From a bacterium (GTDB lineage Bacteria; Bacteroidota; Ignavibacteria; UBA10030), in contig JAZDJN010000087.1 in assembly GCA_043803945.1 (NCBI GenBank), positions 160,001 through 224,000 of the forward strand: a stretch of DNA of 64,000 nt, written 5' to 3'. Position 1 is the stretch's first letter. Each line of letters starts with the position of its first letter. This document shows, one piece after another, positions 48,117-59,040 of the stretch. The position numbers and the translations under genes were made by a program. The notes under the pieces are model-generated. The model searched no databases. It saw only the letters and a program-made list of their open reading frames with translations, and was not told the DNA's origin.

Positions 48117-50255
48117 TCAAAAGAGATATCGAATATCAATTCCTCCAAAGAAATTTCTTGGCAGGCCCGGTTCAAGATAGAGCGGAACACCGCCAACGAT
48201 ATCAGGGTTCACAAACGCAGAAGCCGCATATCGTTGATTGGTCAGGTTGTTCACGCCCGCATGGAGACTTGCACCAATATGGCGGGAAATCTTGATAAGG
48301 TCAGTCGATCCTATCGTGAGATTCACCAGAGTATAGGACGGCACATTCACCTGGTTGGCATCATCAACAAAGTACTCTCCTACCTGCTGCAAGCCACCTT
48401 CGAAAAACATGCCGGGAAGAAATTCAGGCTGCAACCGTATCTTGCCGGAATAAAAGATGCCGGGGATGCCAGCGACCTCGTTGTTCTCATAATTCGCATA
48501 ACGTCCGGCCTTCGAAAGGCTGTAGTGGACAGAGTCAACCAGGTAGGAGATATAGGTATTCTTCGAATAGGTAATTGCTGCCTGGAACGACAAGCCATAG
48601 GCCAGCTTTGCCTGCATGCCGGCTTCAACACCGGTTCTTCTTGTTTTCCCCGCTGTAAAATAAAAGCGGCCGCCGCGATAGGGAATAATATCGTTCTCAA
48701 GCGAAATAGTATAAAGTGCCAAATCGTAGGAGAGTGAGCGTACGAAGGATTGTTCGCCGAATCCGAGTACTTGCCTTATACCGATCTCGTAGGTTGTCGA
48801 TCGGATCGGCTCAAGCAGTGGATTCAGAGCAAAGACTGTATCCTTGCCGTACGTGCTTATCGGATCGGTTTCGTTACCGGCAGGGACTTCAATTCCCCCG
48901 CCGATATTCGCATAGATGCTCCAGGAAGGCGAGAGCCGGACCATGAATCCAATTTTCGGTGTGATCCGGTCAAAGACTTTTGTATCGTGTAATTTCATAT
49001 TGATGAAACTTTCGCTGTAGTACGTCACCGCATCGTAGCGTGCACCCATGGAAAAAAGCACAAACTCGTTCCACCACAGGTCATCCTGAACGAAGAATCC
49101 AAAATTGTTTGCTCCTTCCCGTTTATTGTCGCGGAGCGTTGTACCGCGATCATTCATCGGTGACAATGAGTAAAAGAGAATGGCACCGTCTTGATACGCC
49201 TCATCCCAGCCCATCGTGAAATTGTTTTTCAACTCCGCCGAGAGCAACGATCTGTTTTTATACAGCATGCTTCCGCCGATGTGGTAGCGATTGAAATCGC
49301 GAAATGTTCCCCGTTCCGAGCGCTGAAGAAATTTCGGATTCACATAGACCGTCGCGGTAATTTCATTGAAGGGATCAAACTGATGATCGAATGCAACACC
49401 GAGTCGGCCCAGTCGATTCTCTCGGCGCTCCAGCCGGCTGAGATAGGTTGGGTTAGCCTGTTCCGGCTGTGAGTTGAACTGCACCTGTGAGAGAGGGCCG
49501 GGAATAAAAAATTTGCTCACTGCCCCGACAAGAAACACGCCCAACCGTGTGCGTTCATCGAAGGGTGTTTGGATTCCAATGCTGAGATGTGTTTTCTCGC
49601 TTGAAGAATTCGCCCGCCAACCATCAAAGGAAGAGCGCATAAGCGTTGCATAGAGCTTCCCTTTTCCCAGCACGGTTGCGGTTTGGAGAGAAAGTTTTTG
49701 AAGGCCGTAATCACCTGCAGTGGTTTGAAGCGAGAGAACGGGCTCTGAAATCACGGGAACCGTGCTGATGCTGACGAGTCCGCCGGAGGCGTTGCCCCAT
49801 AGTGCAGAGGCATTGGAGCGGATGACTTCAATCCGTTGTGTCGATGTCAGATCAACAAGATCAAACGACGTTCTTCCGTCAGGTTCGGTCTCAGGAAAAT
49901 TATCGATGAGTACACGAATGCCCCGCGAGGTGCCGGCATTGGACCGATCGCCTGCTCCCCGCGCACCGAAACCTCGAATTGTTATCCTCAGGTCCTGGCT
50001 TCCTGCGCGACTCTGCGCAAGAATGCCCGGCAGGTTGATTAACGCGTCGTCCAGCGAAAGCCGGCGGCTTTGGTTATAGTGGAGTGGTGTGACGACATCG
50101 GCGGCCATGGGTAAAGTCATAAGCGTACTCCCGCCGCGTGCGGCATTCACGACCACTTCGTCGAGGATAACTGTCTTCACTGTGTCATCTTGTGCCGTCT
50201 GAGAAAGGACAACGGTAGGAAGCAGGATGAGCAAAGATAAGAATATTCTATACAT
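48117..50255 (-). CDS. TonB-dependent receptor
   Basis: LDEVVVNA TonB box, IRGFG plug, IEVIRS..SALWGNASGG, GVNNL, PRNFFGGIDIRYLF; start at MYRIF. Confidence 0.93.
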   Translation of the reverse strand: MYRIFLSLLILLPTVVLSQTAQDDTVKTVILDEVVVNAARGGSTLMTLPMAADVVTPLHYNQSRRLSLDDALINLPGILAQSRAGSQDLRITIRGFGARGAGDRSNAGTSRGIRVLIDNFPETEPDGRTSFDLVDLTSTQRIEVIRSNASALWGNASGGLVSISTVPVISEPVLSLQTTAGDYGLQKLSLQTATVLGKGKLYATLMRSSFDGWRANSSSEKTHLSIGIQTPFDERTRLGVFLVGAVSKFFIPGPLSQVQFNSQPEQANPTYLSRLERRENRLGRLGVAFDHQFDPFNEITATVYVNPKFLQRSERGTFRDFNRYHIGGSMLYKNRSLLSAELKNNFTMGWDEAYQDGAILFYSLSPMNDRGTTLRDNKREGANNFGFFVQDDLWWNEFVLFSMGARYDAVTYYSESFINMKLHDTKVFDRITPKIGFMVRLSPSWSIYANIGGGIEVPAGNETDPISTYGKDTVFALNPLLEPIRSTTYEIGIRQVLGFGEQSFVRSLSYDLALYTISLENDIIPYRGGRFYFTAGKTRRTGVEAGMQAKLAYGLSFQAAITYSKNTYISYLVDSVHYSLSKAGRYANYENNEVAGIPGIFYSGKIRLQPEFLPGMFFEGGLQQVGEYFVDDANQVNVPSYTLVNLTIGSTDLIKISRHIGASLHAGVNNLTNQRYAASAFVNPDIVGGVPLYLEPGLPRNFFGGIDIRYLF

Positions 50256-50365
50256 AGGTTGTACCGTGTTTGGGTATAAAGAATATATCTCTATTGCCAC
50301 TGCAAAGGAGCGCACGACGTGGCATAGCGTGTTATGTGCCGCTGCCAATTCGTTTCGATTATTGG

Positions 50366-53300
50366 TCACAACGACACTTCAAGAAGATTCGACTCAACTC
50401 TCTTAAACAAATCGTCGAGTGATTCTTGAATCTTGATTGTCTCTGCGATTGCGGTAACGACATTTGCGTATGTTGTTATCTCCTCGGATGAGAGCATCCT
50501 GCCCTTGCGGTCTTTCAGCCACTTCTCAGCAACCTGATAACCTCCGATGTGATACTCCCATACTTCGGATGGTACGCCCGCAAAATACTTTTCAGGATTG
50601 ATGTAGACACGATGCTTCTTTTCATCGTAGGACACCTTAACGACTCGCAAGTCGCCAGAGCCCTCACACTTGGCAATCGGTTTATTAAGTTTCTTGGATT
50701 TGAGCAAGTGCAACTCAACGAGTTGCTCACCTTTGTCAGCGAGTTTCTGGAAGAGCTTGTAATCCTTTGTAAATGGAACGCGAGGGAACTCGGACTTCAA
50801 GAGTCCACCATATTTTTTGCGATAAGCGTTCGAGTAAAGGACTCCATAGATGTAGTTGAAGATGTCTTCAGGGATTGGCTGATTTTTGTACGCCAGTTTA
50901 AGAGATTCTTTGAGTTTCGGTGCAAAATTGGTGACGCGGTATTTTGCACCGTACGGAACCTCCGGTTCAAAAAGCATCATTGTCAAACCACTACTTCGTT
51001 TCTTCTTAGTCGTGTCTTGATATAAATACAGAGGAAAGAAATAGGAACGTTCCTTTGTCTCAGGTGATACAACACAGTCATTAATAATAAATTCAGAACA
51101 TAGAACATGTTGGAAAGTCTTGTTCACAAACCGGTTTGTTATTAAACCAACATTTTTCCTTTCAACAAAATTCGACATCACTTCTCTTCTTCCACGCTCT
51201 ATCATTGCGTCATGATAGAATAGATGTCGGACATCAAAAGGACGGTATAGAATTTTTTCAAAGTATTGGTCTATCTCTCCTTCGTCAGAAAGTGTTTTGC
51301 GCGCTTCCTTGCTTTTCCATGCTCCAGTATCATTGAGCTTGAACGCCTTACCGAGTAGATCATCATCAAACGAGCTTGTTATAAATTGCCGGATGCGGTT
51401 CTTCAAACTTTTTTCATCAAAATCAATTACAAAATGATCCCTCGCCGTAACAATTCCTACACTATTCACCGGAAATATGGCAGGTATACTTGGATATGAT
51501 TGAAATCGTTTGGTTAACCTCTCATCTCTCGGGACAAAAAAGTAAAAGGGTGAAATCGGTTTGAGTTCAGTCCATTTGACTTTCTTGAGATCAAGCTTCA
51601 ACAATTGTTCATATTTCTTCTCTCTTAATCCCCAAAGCTCGCTATGCCTCACAGCCTTTTGCTTTACCTTTTTTTGTTTAACAAATAAAGCTATTGCAAC
51701 ACCTTGCTGTATATCAAAAACATTTTCGTCTTTTGAACCGTCTGGTGCTTTCTCTTTCTTGAGTGAATTGCCGTGAAGGTCAAGTATGTAGATTTCATCA
51801 AACGAAGTCATTAACGATTGACGCATACCCCGAAATGTGGGGTTATCAAGGTAACTGTGGTTTGTGATGAAGCCGAGAACACCCTCGCCAACCTGATCGA
51901 TCTTCCACTGCGCAAACCTAATGAACTTGACATAGTCATCTTGGAGCCACTTTGGATTCTTCTCTCCGAGAGGCTTCCCGTCAATTGTTTTGTAATTCTC
52001 AATCTGTTGTGTAATCCAATCGCCCTTGTTCGTTGACTGACCTGAATAAGGAGGATTTCCGAGGATAACAAGAACCGGTTTATCCCTCTTAACTTTGCCT
52101 GCAAGGTGCGATTCCTCGGAGAGGGAAGCCATCCCGGGAAGTGATGTTTGGGTAAGCTCCTCCATTTCGAGTGTATTGGTGAGATAGAATTGGAAACGCT
52201 CGTCACCGGAGAGCTTATACCCAAGTTCCTCCAAGAGATATCCCATCTTTAGATGGCCCGCTGCATACGGAGCCATCATAAGCTCAAAGGCAAAGAAATG
52301 TGGCAAAATGTGGTCTTCAATGAATTTCGCTTTTGCGCCTTCACCATACTTGGCGACAAACTCTTGCACGGCGAGTTTAACAGCCTCGGCAATAAAGGTG
52401 AGTGTACCGCCAGCAGGATCGAGAACGGTCACCGAATGAGAAGCAAAACCATCTTTTCGTCCGAATAGTTCCTTAAGAATGATGTTGAGCGAGCGAACGA
52501 TATAGGAGACGCCGGGCTCAGGCGTATAGTAAACGCCTCGACGCTCACGTTCTTGCGGATTGTAATCCGAAAGAAAGGTCTCGTAGAAGTGGAAAATGGG
52601 ATCGGTTCCTTTGCCTTCCTTAAAGTACTGATGAAGAATGTTCTTGACATCAGCAACGGCGAGGACTTCGGCAATATCGTCGACGGTGGCTTGCAGTTGA
52701 TCGGGTGGGTCGAAGGAAATGAAATGAAAAATATCTCTGAGAATGCCAATAGTCTTTGGAATAAGATCGTAAGCAAGTTTACGATTGAATGCTCCATTCG
52801 CCCGGGTTCTCGCAGCAAAGAGACCGTAAGTTATTGTTTGCGCGTAGAGGTCGGCGAATTCATCGGGCTTCAGGTTTGGAATAAGATGTTTTTGGAATGC
52901 CTCATAGAAACCAAGAATCTTCCTCCCGCCTGCACCGGAAGCCTCTCGAAGTTCCTCTTTGATGATCTGATCTCTAAGGAAGCGAGTCCGTGTAGCAAGC
53001 TCTTTGGCAAGACTTTCGGCGGTAAACTTTGGCGGTAGAGAAAACTGAAAGAACTTTTCCAGCAATGCAAAGAATTCTGCGGTGTGCTCAACCGGTGGAA
53101 TTGTTTTGAGCTTTATCGGAATGTATGGCCGGGCAAGAAGAACATTATCTACACGCTGTCCGTTGCGGTAAAGACGGAACTCATAAAAGTTTGTAAGAAT
53201 GAGATTAGGGAACGTTTTTATGTAACGCTTAAGTTGCTCTGAGGTTTCAATGTCATCAAGGTTTGTGTTCGGCGCTTTTGCTTCAACATAGCCAACTTGA

Positions 53301-53500
53301 GAATGTTTGCCATCCCAAACTCGGAAATCGGGATTACCAGCCTCGGTCTTCTTCGGAAGGACGGTGACGTGAACTTTCTTGTGCCTCTCGGTTTCCGAAA
53401 ACTGTTCAAGGAGCTCGGCAAGGGCAGAATAGTAGGATTCCTCACGGGCATCGCCACGTTTGGTGCTGGATGCTATTTTGTTGATGTATGTCTCGATCAT
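50366..53500 (-). CDS. Type IIG (LlaBIII/ISP-like C-terminus) restriction-modification enzyme
   Basis: N-terminal PD..VEAK nuclease; GVYYTP, VLDPAGGT, GNPPY, TFRGMR; C-terminal TRD with FPRVP and WEYHIGGYQV..KWLKDRK. Confidence 0.9.
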   Translation of the reverse strand: MIETYINKIASSTKRGDAREESYYSALAELLEQFSETERHKKVHVTVLPKKTEAGNPDFRVWDGKHSQVGYVEAKAPNTNLDDIETSEQLKRYIKTFPNLILTNFYEFRLYRNGQRVDNVLLARPYIPIKLKTIPPVEHTAEFFALLEKFFQFSLPPKFTAESLAKELATRTRFLRDQIIKEELREASGAGGRKILGFYEAFQKHLIPNLKPDEFADLYAQTITYGLFAARTRANGAFNRKLAYDLIPKTIGILRDIFHFISFDPPDQLQATVDDIAEVLAVADVKNILHQYFKEGKGTDPIFHFYETFLSDYNPQERERRGVYYTPEPGVSYIVRSLNIILKELFGRKDGFASHSVTVLDPAGGTLTFIAEAVKLAVQEFVAKYGEGAKAKFIEDHILPHFFAFELMMAPYAAGHLKMGYLLEELGYKLSGDERFQFYLTNTLEMEELTQTSLPGMASLSEESHLAGKVKRDKPVLVILGNPPYSGQSTNKGDWITQQIENYKTIDGKPLGEKNPKWLQDDYVKFIRFAQWKIDQVGEGVLGFITNHSYLDNPTFRGMRQSLMTSFDEIYILDLHGNSLKKEKAPDGSKDENVFDIQQGVAIALFVKQKKVKQKAVRHSELWGLREKKYEQLLKLDLKKVKWTELKPISPFYFFVPRDERLTKRFQSYPSIPAIFPVNSVGIVTARDHFVIDFDEKSLKNRIRQFITSSFDDDLLGKAFKLNDTGAWKSKEARKTLSDEGEIDQYFEKILYRPFDVRHLFYHDAMIERGRREVMSNFVERKNVGLITNRFVNKTFQHVLCSEFIINDCVVSPETKERSYFFPLYLYQDTTKKKRSSGLTMMLFEPEVPYGAKYRVTNFAPKLKESLKLAYKNQPIPEDIFNYIYGVLYSNAYRKKYGGLLKSEFPRVPFTKDYKLFQKLADKGEQLVELHLLKSKKLNKPIAKCEGSGDLRVVKVSYDEKKHRVYINPEKYFAGVPSEVWEYHIGGYQVAEKWLKDRKGRMLSSEEITTYANVVTAIAETIKIQESLDDLFKRVESNLLEVSL

Positions 53501-53667
53501 TCTCTTTCCGTTTGGGAATTGAAGTTAATCAGAACGAGCAGTTGTACATAACTTCAAGATAAAAGCACGGTAGCATCCACGGCTCTCATAATAGTACTGA
53601 TTGAGTATCAAACAAGAAGCCCGTTGAGTACAACTCAGGTGGGCTTCTTTCTTCAATAGAACTAATA

Positions 53668-55314
53668 TTAAAATCCCCGACTGAACATACTCCAGAACTG
53701 GTCCCCAAGCTCCCACCAACGTTCCATTGTTGCCCGTGCGAAGTCATTGGTGTACCGGGTGACATATTCCCGTGCTTTCTTGTGCCCTTCCGGTGAGTTA
53801 TCAGCTTTGAGAAGATATTGAACTTTCTTCTCCAGCATCGGCAGATCATCAAAACCTTTTTCTTCATATTCCATTATGGATTTTTCCAGGATATCGCGGG
53901 TCTGCCCCCAGCGAACCTGAGCAAGCCGGTTGGCCCTTCTGAACCACCAGCCGGCAGCATCGGTGCGGAATTTTTTCTGCATGCAAATCTCGAAACTCTT
54001 CGGCAGCTCAAGTGCTCCCGAGAAAATTGGTATACGCGGACTCTGCGCAGGATTGTCGAATGAGAACCACGCAACAGCGCCAATCTCTTCCGGCAGCCAG
54101 TCACGGCACTGGATTATCTGTGAGTACGAGCAGCCGGTAATCGCGATTGTGCGTTTTGCCTCAATGGTTCCCGGCTTCAGGGTATTGATCAAGCGGATTA
54201 AATCATAATTCATCCAGGGCTGGGCTGCCGTACTTTTTACCATCTCTTGTTTTTCACCCTCTTTTGGCTGTTGCCCGCGCGGCGCCATTTTCAGCACCAG
54301 AAGGTTCTTCATCGCATCGAGATCGGTGCCTTCATAGGTGTTCCGATAGAACTTGATAACATCGCGGACCGAAACTTTCTTCTCCGGCTTTACAAAGAAG
54401 GGAAGTTCTTCTGCATCCAGGCTGAGATTGAGTGATGGTGCAAATGTGCTGAGAATAAAGAACTCGCGAGTGGAAAATGGTTTCCGTCCGCTGTAAGCTT
54501 TCCAGAATTTAAACGGTTCCTTCTCCGAATCCCACCAGCCCATTTCCTTCGCCAGGGAATGTACATTCTTCGAAGCCATGTAGTAATTCGAGTCCTCGAG
54601 TTTCAATTCGCTGATGCGGGGAATATTTGCCGAGACACCGACGTGATCGTCGGGAATGCGCACGGCAGCCCAGACTGCGCCAACCTGTGTTGGCCCGGCT
54701 CCCATAATTTCAAAGTGCCACACCTCTTTGGTATCGGCAACAGTCAGGCATTCGCCCGAATCACCATAACCATATTGCTCAGCCAGGCTTCCCATTAGCT
54801 TGATGGCATCACGCGCTGTGGAGCAGCGCTCAAGAGCGATGGCTTGAAGTTCTTCAATGAGGAAGAGGCCGTCACCGTTTTCTAATTCCTGCCGGCCGCC
54901 GATGGTTGTTTCACCGAACGCCAGTTGTTTTTCATTCAAACATGGGTAGGCAGTATTCAGATAGGAATATGTCTCTTCAACCTGGGGAATATCTCCTTTC
55001 AGGATTTTCCGCGCCATATCGTTTGGTGTTTCCGTATGAAGATTGCCCCACCAGATTTGCCGTTTTGCACCCTTGTCATATTTTTTGTGAGGAATGACAT
55101 TAAGCCACGTACGATAATTCCCATCGCACGAATGGCAGGTAATAACAGAACCGTCCGTCGTTGCCAACTTCCCCACCATGATACTGGTACAGCTTTCAAG
55201 TTTCTCTTCACGGCTCATGACATCCTGTGCCGTGGCTATTGACCACAGTACAACAAGCAGTACCGACTGCAGAAGAATAAACCGACGCAGCGTTAGTTCA
55301 ACCGTTCGCTTCAT
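53668..55314 (-). CDS. C69 family dipeptidase
   Basis: SCTSIMVG (N-terminal nucleophile Cys), NEKQL..GETT, ALERC.TARDAI, AVRIPDD...SAN. Confidence 0.9.
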   Translation of the reverse strand: MKRTVELTLRRFILLQSVLLVVLWSIATAQDVMSREEKLESCTSIMVGKLATTDGSVITCHSCDGNYRTWLNVIPHKKYDKGAKRQIWWGNLHTETPNDMARKILKGDIPQVEETYSYLNTAYPCLNEKQLAFGETTIGGRQELENGDGLFLIEELQAIALERCSTARDAIKLMGSLAEQYGYGDSGECLTVADTKEVWHFEIMGAGPTQVGAVWAAVRIPDDHVGVSANIPRISELKLEDSNYYMASKNVHSLAKEMGWWDSEKEPFKFWKAYSGRKPFSTREFFILSTFAPSLNLSLDAEELPFFVKPEKKVSVRDVIKFYRNTYEGTDLDAMKNLLVLKMAPRGQQPKEGEKQEMVKSTAAQPWMNYDLIRLINTLKPGTIEAKRTIAITGCSYSQIIQCRDWLPEEIGAVAWFSFDNPAQSPRIPIFSGALELPKSFEICMQKKFRTDAAGWWFRRANRLAQVRWGQTRDILEKSIMEYEEKGFDDLPMLEKKVQYLLKADNSPEGHKKAREYVTRYTNDFARATMERWWELGDQFWSMFSRGF

Positions 55315-55441
55315 ATACAGATTCCTTTCAATAAAAATGAATAGTCAGTAATATATTCCGTTGTTCTCATCTCTCATTGATCTTCATACCCGCGATCTGC
55401 CGGTGTATAGTTTTGAAGAGTCTATGACCGGTATAACACTT

Positions 55442-56617
55442 TTACTCATACAATAGTTGTTTTGAATTCACCGTCGCCGGATTCTTAAGATAGAACCCGA
55501 CACCGTTCTTGATCACATCAGCATAGCGGGGCACATCGATGCACTCCAATGGCTTGTCCGGATGGAGTTCCGTCCAGTTCGTCATTGTTTGCAATACCGC
55601 TGAAGTGTGCCGCCCGACCCGCACAGCGATCGGCCATCCGTTCTCATCGATTTTCTCAAACAACAGTCCATGCTCCCCGGCTTTTCTGACAAAATCATCT
55701 TTCCCTGTGAGCAGTTGTTCAACTGTCGTTCTTCCACGCGTGGCATCGAGAAAGGGCTCTGGAGCCTCAAAGAGGAGCGAGGCTGCTTGTGAGTGATCTC
55801 CTATCTCGCGATGCGATAAGCCATGGAGATTCTTCGGTGAGAACTCCATGCCCATTTTAAATCCTTCCATATCCGTCAGCATCATTGAAACAAGTGTGGC
55901 GAGATCTTGCCCCTTCTCATGGGCCACGATGGTGCTGATAACGGGATACTGCAACTCTGCTTCATGAAGATCGATGACCAGATCGACATTCTCTTTCTTG
56001 ATCATCTCAATCATTGCATAGCAGGTCTTTTCCGTCAATGTCCCGTTTACTCTTCCCGGCCAGCAGCGATTGAGATTGCGAACATCCATATACGCCAGGT
56101 ATTGGCCGCTCGGATAATGGATATAGACTTCCGGATCGGGCCATTGATCCAGGGCATTCGACCAGCGATCGCCCATGCGAAAGCGCTGTCCGCCCCAGGA
56201 GGTGGGAATTGTAAACTCGGGAGGGTATGCCCCGCCAAACCGCGTCGCCGTCGATCCACTTCGATTAGCTGTAGGGATCACAATCAGCCGGCCCTTCTGC
56301 ATCGTTGCATGTTCTGCAAAGAGCCACGCGGCAAGCCGGCCGGCCGGTTCTTCGGGGTGCGTTCCGCCAATCAGAAGCAGTGTTGCGCCCGGCTCTTTCC
56401 CTTCAAAGAAATAAATATTGCAATCGTTTATCGTGCCTACGATATCGGTGAAATAGCTTCCCAGCTTCTTCACCGATGTGACCCCATCGCTTGCAACCAG
56501 CGGCTCCTGGAGATTTCTGCTTTGATAGAAATCAATCCCCGCGAACACAAAGACGAGAAGGCCAAGCAGGATAATGATGGTTTTTCTGACTCCGATGTAT
56601 TGTTCTCTCATGGCCAT
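55442..56617 (-). CDS. Succinylglutamate desuccinylase/aspartoacylase (M14-like) family protein
   Basis: GGTHPEE, RNLNR..PG, IDLHEA; N-terminal membrane anchor. Confidence 0.85.
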   Translation of the reverse strand: MAMREQYIGVRKTIIILLGLLVFVFAGIDFYQSRNLQEPLVASDGVTSVKKLGSYFTDIVGTINDCNIYFFEGKEPGATLLLIGGTHPEEPAGRLAAWLFAEHATMQKGRLIVIPTANRSGSTATRFGGAYPPEFTIPTSWGGQRFRMGDRWSNALDQWPDPEVYIHYPSGQYLAYMDVRNLNRCWPGRVNGTLTEKTCYAMIEMIKKENVDLVIDLHEAELQYPVISTIVAHEKGQDLATLVSMMLTDMEGFKMGMEFSPKNLHGLSHREIGDHSQAASLLFEAPEPFLDATRGRTTVEQLLTGKDDFVRKAGEHGLLFEKIDENGWPIAVRVGRHTSAVLQTMTNWTELHPDKPLECIDVPRYADVIKNGVGFYLKNPATVNSKQLLYE

Positions 56618-56620
56618 TTC

Positions 56621-56785
56621 TCATTTGAGTCGGAATAATCGCAGGAGAAAGGGAAGGATAACAATGACGCAAAGGATTTCTTTTTCCCATGATTTATCCC
56701 TCAACATGTTGGAGACCATCAAGACAACCGCATATGCAACCAGCGCATAGTACAGGATGGTAATTACTGTCGTTAGAATATCCAT
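56621..56785 (-). CDS. Small 54-aa two-TM membrane protein (below the ORF-track cutoff)
   Basis: MDILTTVITILYYALVAYAVVLMVSNMLRDKSWEKEILCVIVILPFLLRLFRLK*; fills the operon gap; AGGGA RBS. Confidence 0.75.
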   Translation of the reverse strand: MDILTTVITILYYALVAYAVVLMVSNMLRDKSWEKEILCVIVILPFLLRLFRLK

Positions 56786-56846
56786 GTCATTTCCCTTGAT
56801 ACATGATTTCGCATCGCTCGTGGATACAGTTCTACAATTCCCGGAC

Positions 56847-58139
56847 TCACCATTCCGTCAAGAATGCCAGCTTGCTGCTAAAGATCACCATCAATGTCCC
56901 CATGATTGCTATGATCACGGCGGGGACAATGCAGGTTTTCAGAAACTTCATATATGATTCCTTATGGCCAACCACATCAACGGTCAATCGGCCAATGATT
57001 GCTGTGGGCGGCAGCGCATCGCCAAGCGGCCAGATGATGCTCATTCCGGCCAGCGCAACGATAGGATTCAAACCAATGGTGTTGAACAACAACACTAGTG
57101 GCACCCCAATCACCGGAGCCGCTCCCCACATAAGCACGGCTTCGGAAACGGGAAGTAGAAAAAACAAAAGACCAAACACCACACTCACGGGAAGCGTTAC
57201 TGTTGTGATGGCGAGCAATCCCCGCACACCGGTCAGTGTCATCATTTGAACAAGAATACCGACACACGTCAACGTACCGATTAACGGAAGCAATTGATCA
57301 ATCGTCTCCCGTGAAATTTTGAAAAAACTAAGTTTCGAAGGCGAAAGGAAAAAGGAGGCTGCTGCCGCACAGATAAACATGAGGGGAAGGCCGACAATCG
57401 GCGTTGAGTGGGGCCAAAGCCTTCCGATAATCACAAATCCCAGAAAAACGACAAAAGGAATTATCACTCGAATCCAGTTCATTCTCTCCGGCGGCGTGGG
57501 CAATTCAGTAAGTGCCTGTTCAAGATTCGTCGATTCTCCTTTCCACCCGAGAATGAACGTTGTTGCAAGGCTTCCGATGATGCATGGAATCAGGAGCGGC
57601 CAGAAAAACCCGACATACGGCATGTTGACACCTGCAGCAGTCATCATCGCCCAGAGGCTCACCGGCGGGGCGGCAGCACTGAGGCCCGCATTAATAAATA
57701 CGATTGCGGCAACTTTGTGCTTCGGTATCCCCATATAAACCAGCACTGTTGCCACAAGACTGCCGGCGATGAGTACTGTGACACTGCCGGCACCCGTTAA
57801 TGCCCCGGGAATAAGCAGGATAATCGTCAGAAGTATCAGGAGAATCGCTCTGTGCTTGAAAAACCGGGAGAGAATCCTTCTTACCACAAACAACACACCG
57901 CCCGATTCTTTCAGGATATTCATGAAAAGCGTCGCGGTGATAAAAATGAGATTGATGTCGAGGTATGTTATGGCACCTTCGGCAATGTGCCGCGGCGGAA
58001 CACCAAAGCCTCCTGCAAGGCCGCCGGCGATGGCAGCCGCAACCATCGAGAGTTCGGCTGAGACCTTGAACACCTTGGCAATGATATAGACAACTATCAT
58101 AACGCCAAGAATAATTTGAGTAGAGGTAAACAGATCCAT
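56847..58139 (-). CDS. TRAP large-permease/IT-superfamily transporter
   Basis: About 12 TM helices; PGALTGAG, AAAPPV, GDALPPTA motifs. Confidence 0.8.
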   Translation of the reverse strand: MDLFTSTQIILGVMIVVYIIAKVFKVSAELSMVAAAIAGGLAGGFGVPPRHIAEGAITYLDINLIFITATLFMNILKESGGVLFVVRRILSRFFKHRAILLILLTIILLIPGALTGAGSVTVLIAGSLVATVLVYMGIPKHKVAAIVFINAGLSAAAPPVSLWAMMTAAGVNMPYVGFFWPLLIPCIIGSLATTFILGWKGESTNLEQALTELPTPPERMNWIRVIIPFVVFLGFVIIGRLWPHSTPIVGLPLMFICAAAASFFLSPSKLSFFKISRETIDQLLPLIGTLTCVGILVQMMTLTGVRGLLAITTVTLPVSVVFGLLFFLLPVSEAVLMWGAAPVIGVPLVLLFNTIGLNPIVALAGMSIIWPLGDALPPTAIIGRLTVDVVGHKESYMKFLKTCIVPAVIIAIMGTLMVIFSSKLAFLTEW

Positions 58140-58177
58140 TTCGAGTTGTGCCGGGTTTAGTCGTTAATCGATGAACC

Positions 58178-58780
58178 TTATTTCCCAAAGAGCGTTTTCA
58201 TAGCCCCTTCCAATTCGGATACTTTCGTATACGCAACAATCGGGATATTCTTGTTCTGCGCAATTGTTGTAAAACGCCCATCCTGATTTCCTTCCTGACG
58301 AACAAGAAGAACATCGGCAAGCGGGCACACCGCATCAATGCTCAGCTCGTCGGTATTATCACCACCGCCGGCGCCCTGAGCGCGTCGGACCATTCCCTCG
58401 ATATGCGCACCAACAACCTTAATGCCCTGCTTCTTGGCCTCGGCAATCAATTTCCTTGTCCGTTCAATCTCATCCTGAATGGAGACTCCTGCAGCACCCA
58501 TGCCCTTTAAGCTGGATCCCGTGACAATGATCAAGCACTTGTAGGATTTGCCTTCTTTCTTCTTTGCTCCCAGGTCATCGGCCGTCACTTGAGCTGCATA
58601 GGTATGTTCAAGCTTCAACCGAACGGCAAACAATTTTACCTGGAGCGGGCCCGGGCTTTGACCACACGATGTAATCAGCACCGGTGTCTGGAGTTTTGGG
58701 GTTTGTTGTGCCGGAACCGATACCGTTGTTATACAAAGAGTGACAAGAAGGACGATGAAGAGTAGACCAAGGTGTTTCAT
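58178..58780 (-). CDS. DUF6305-like exported protein
   Basis: PVLITSCGQS, GSSLKGMGAAG, HIEG..RR, GN.DG.FT; signal peptide from 58780 with AGGAG RBS. Confidence 0.7.
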   Translation of the reverse strand: MKHLGLLFIVLLVTLCITTVSVPAQQTPKLQTPVLITSCGQSPGPLQVKLFAVRLKLEHTYAAQVTADDLGAKKKEGKSYKCLIIVTGSSLKGMGAAGVSIQDEIERTRKLIAEAKKQGIKVVGAHIEGMVRRAQGAGGGDNTDELSIDAVCPLADVLLVRQEGNQDGRFTTIAQNKNIPIVAYTKVSELEGAMKTLFGK

Positions 58781-59040
58781 AATATTCTCCTTAGTAAGAA
58801 TAGTGACAATCTGGTCCGGTAGAACCGGAAAATAGTAAAGACCGACTTGCTTTGCAGATTTTCGTGGCATCCGGTAATTGTCCGATACGGACTTTTTATC
58901 TGACAATTACTTGTTGATATTTAGCAGAAAATATTCTCGAAAGCAACGGTAAGGCTTGAGAAAGAGAGAAATATTGATTCAATACTATATAATTCCTACA
59001 TATTTTCTTCCCAAGGAAGAAGCATCATCGACGAATAAGG

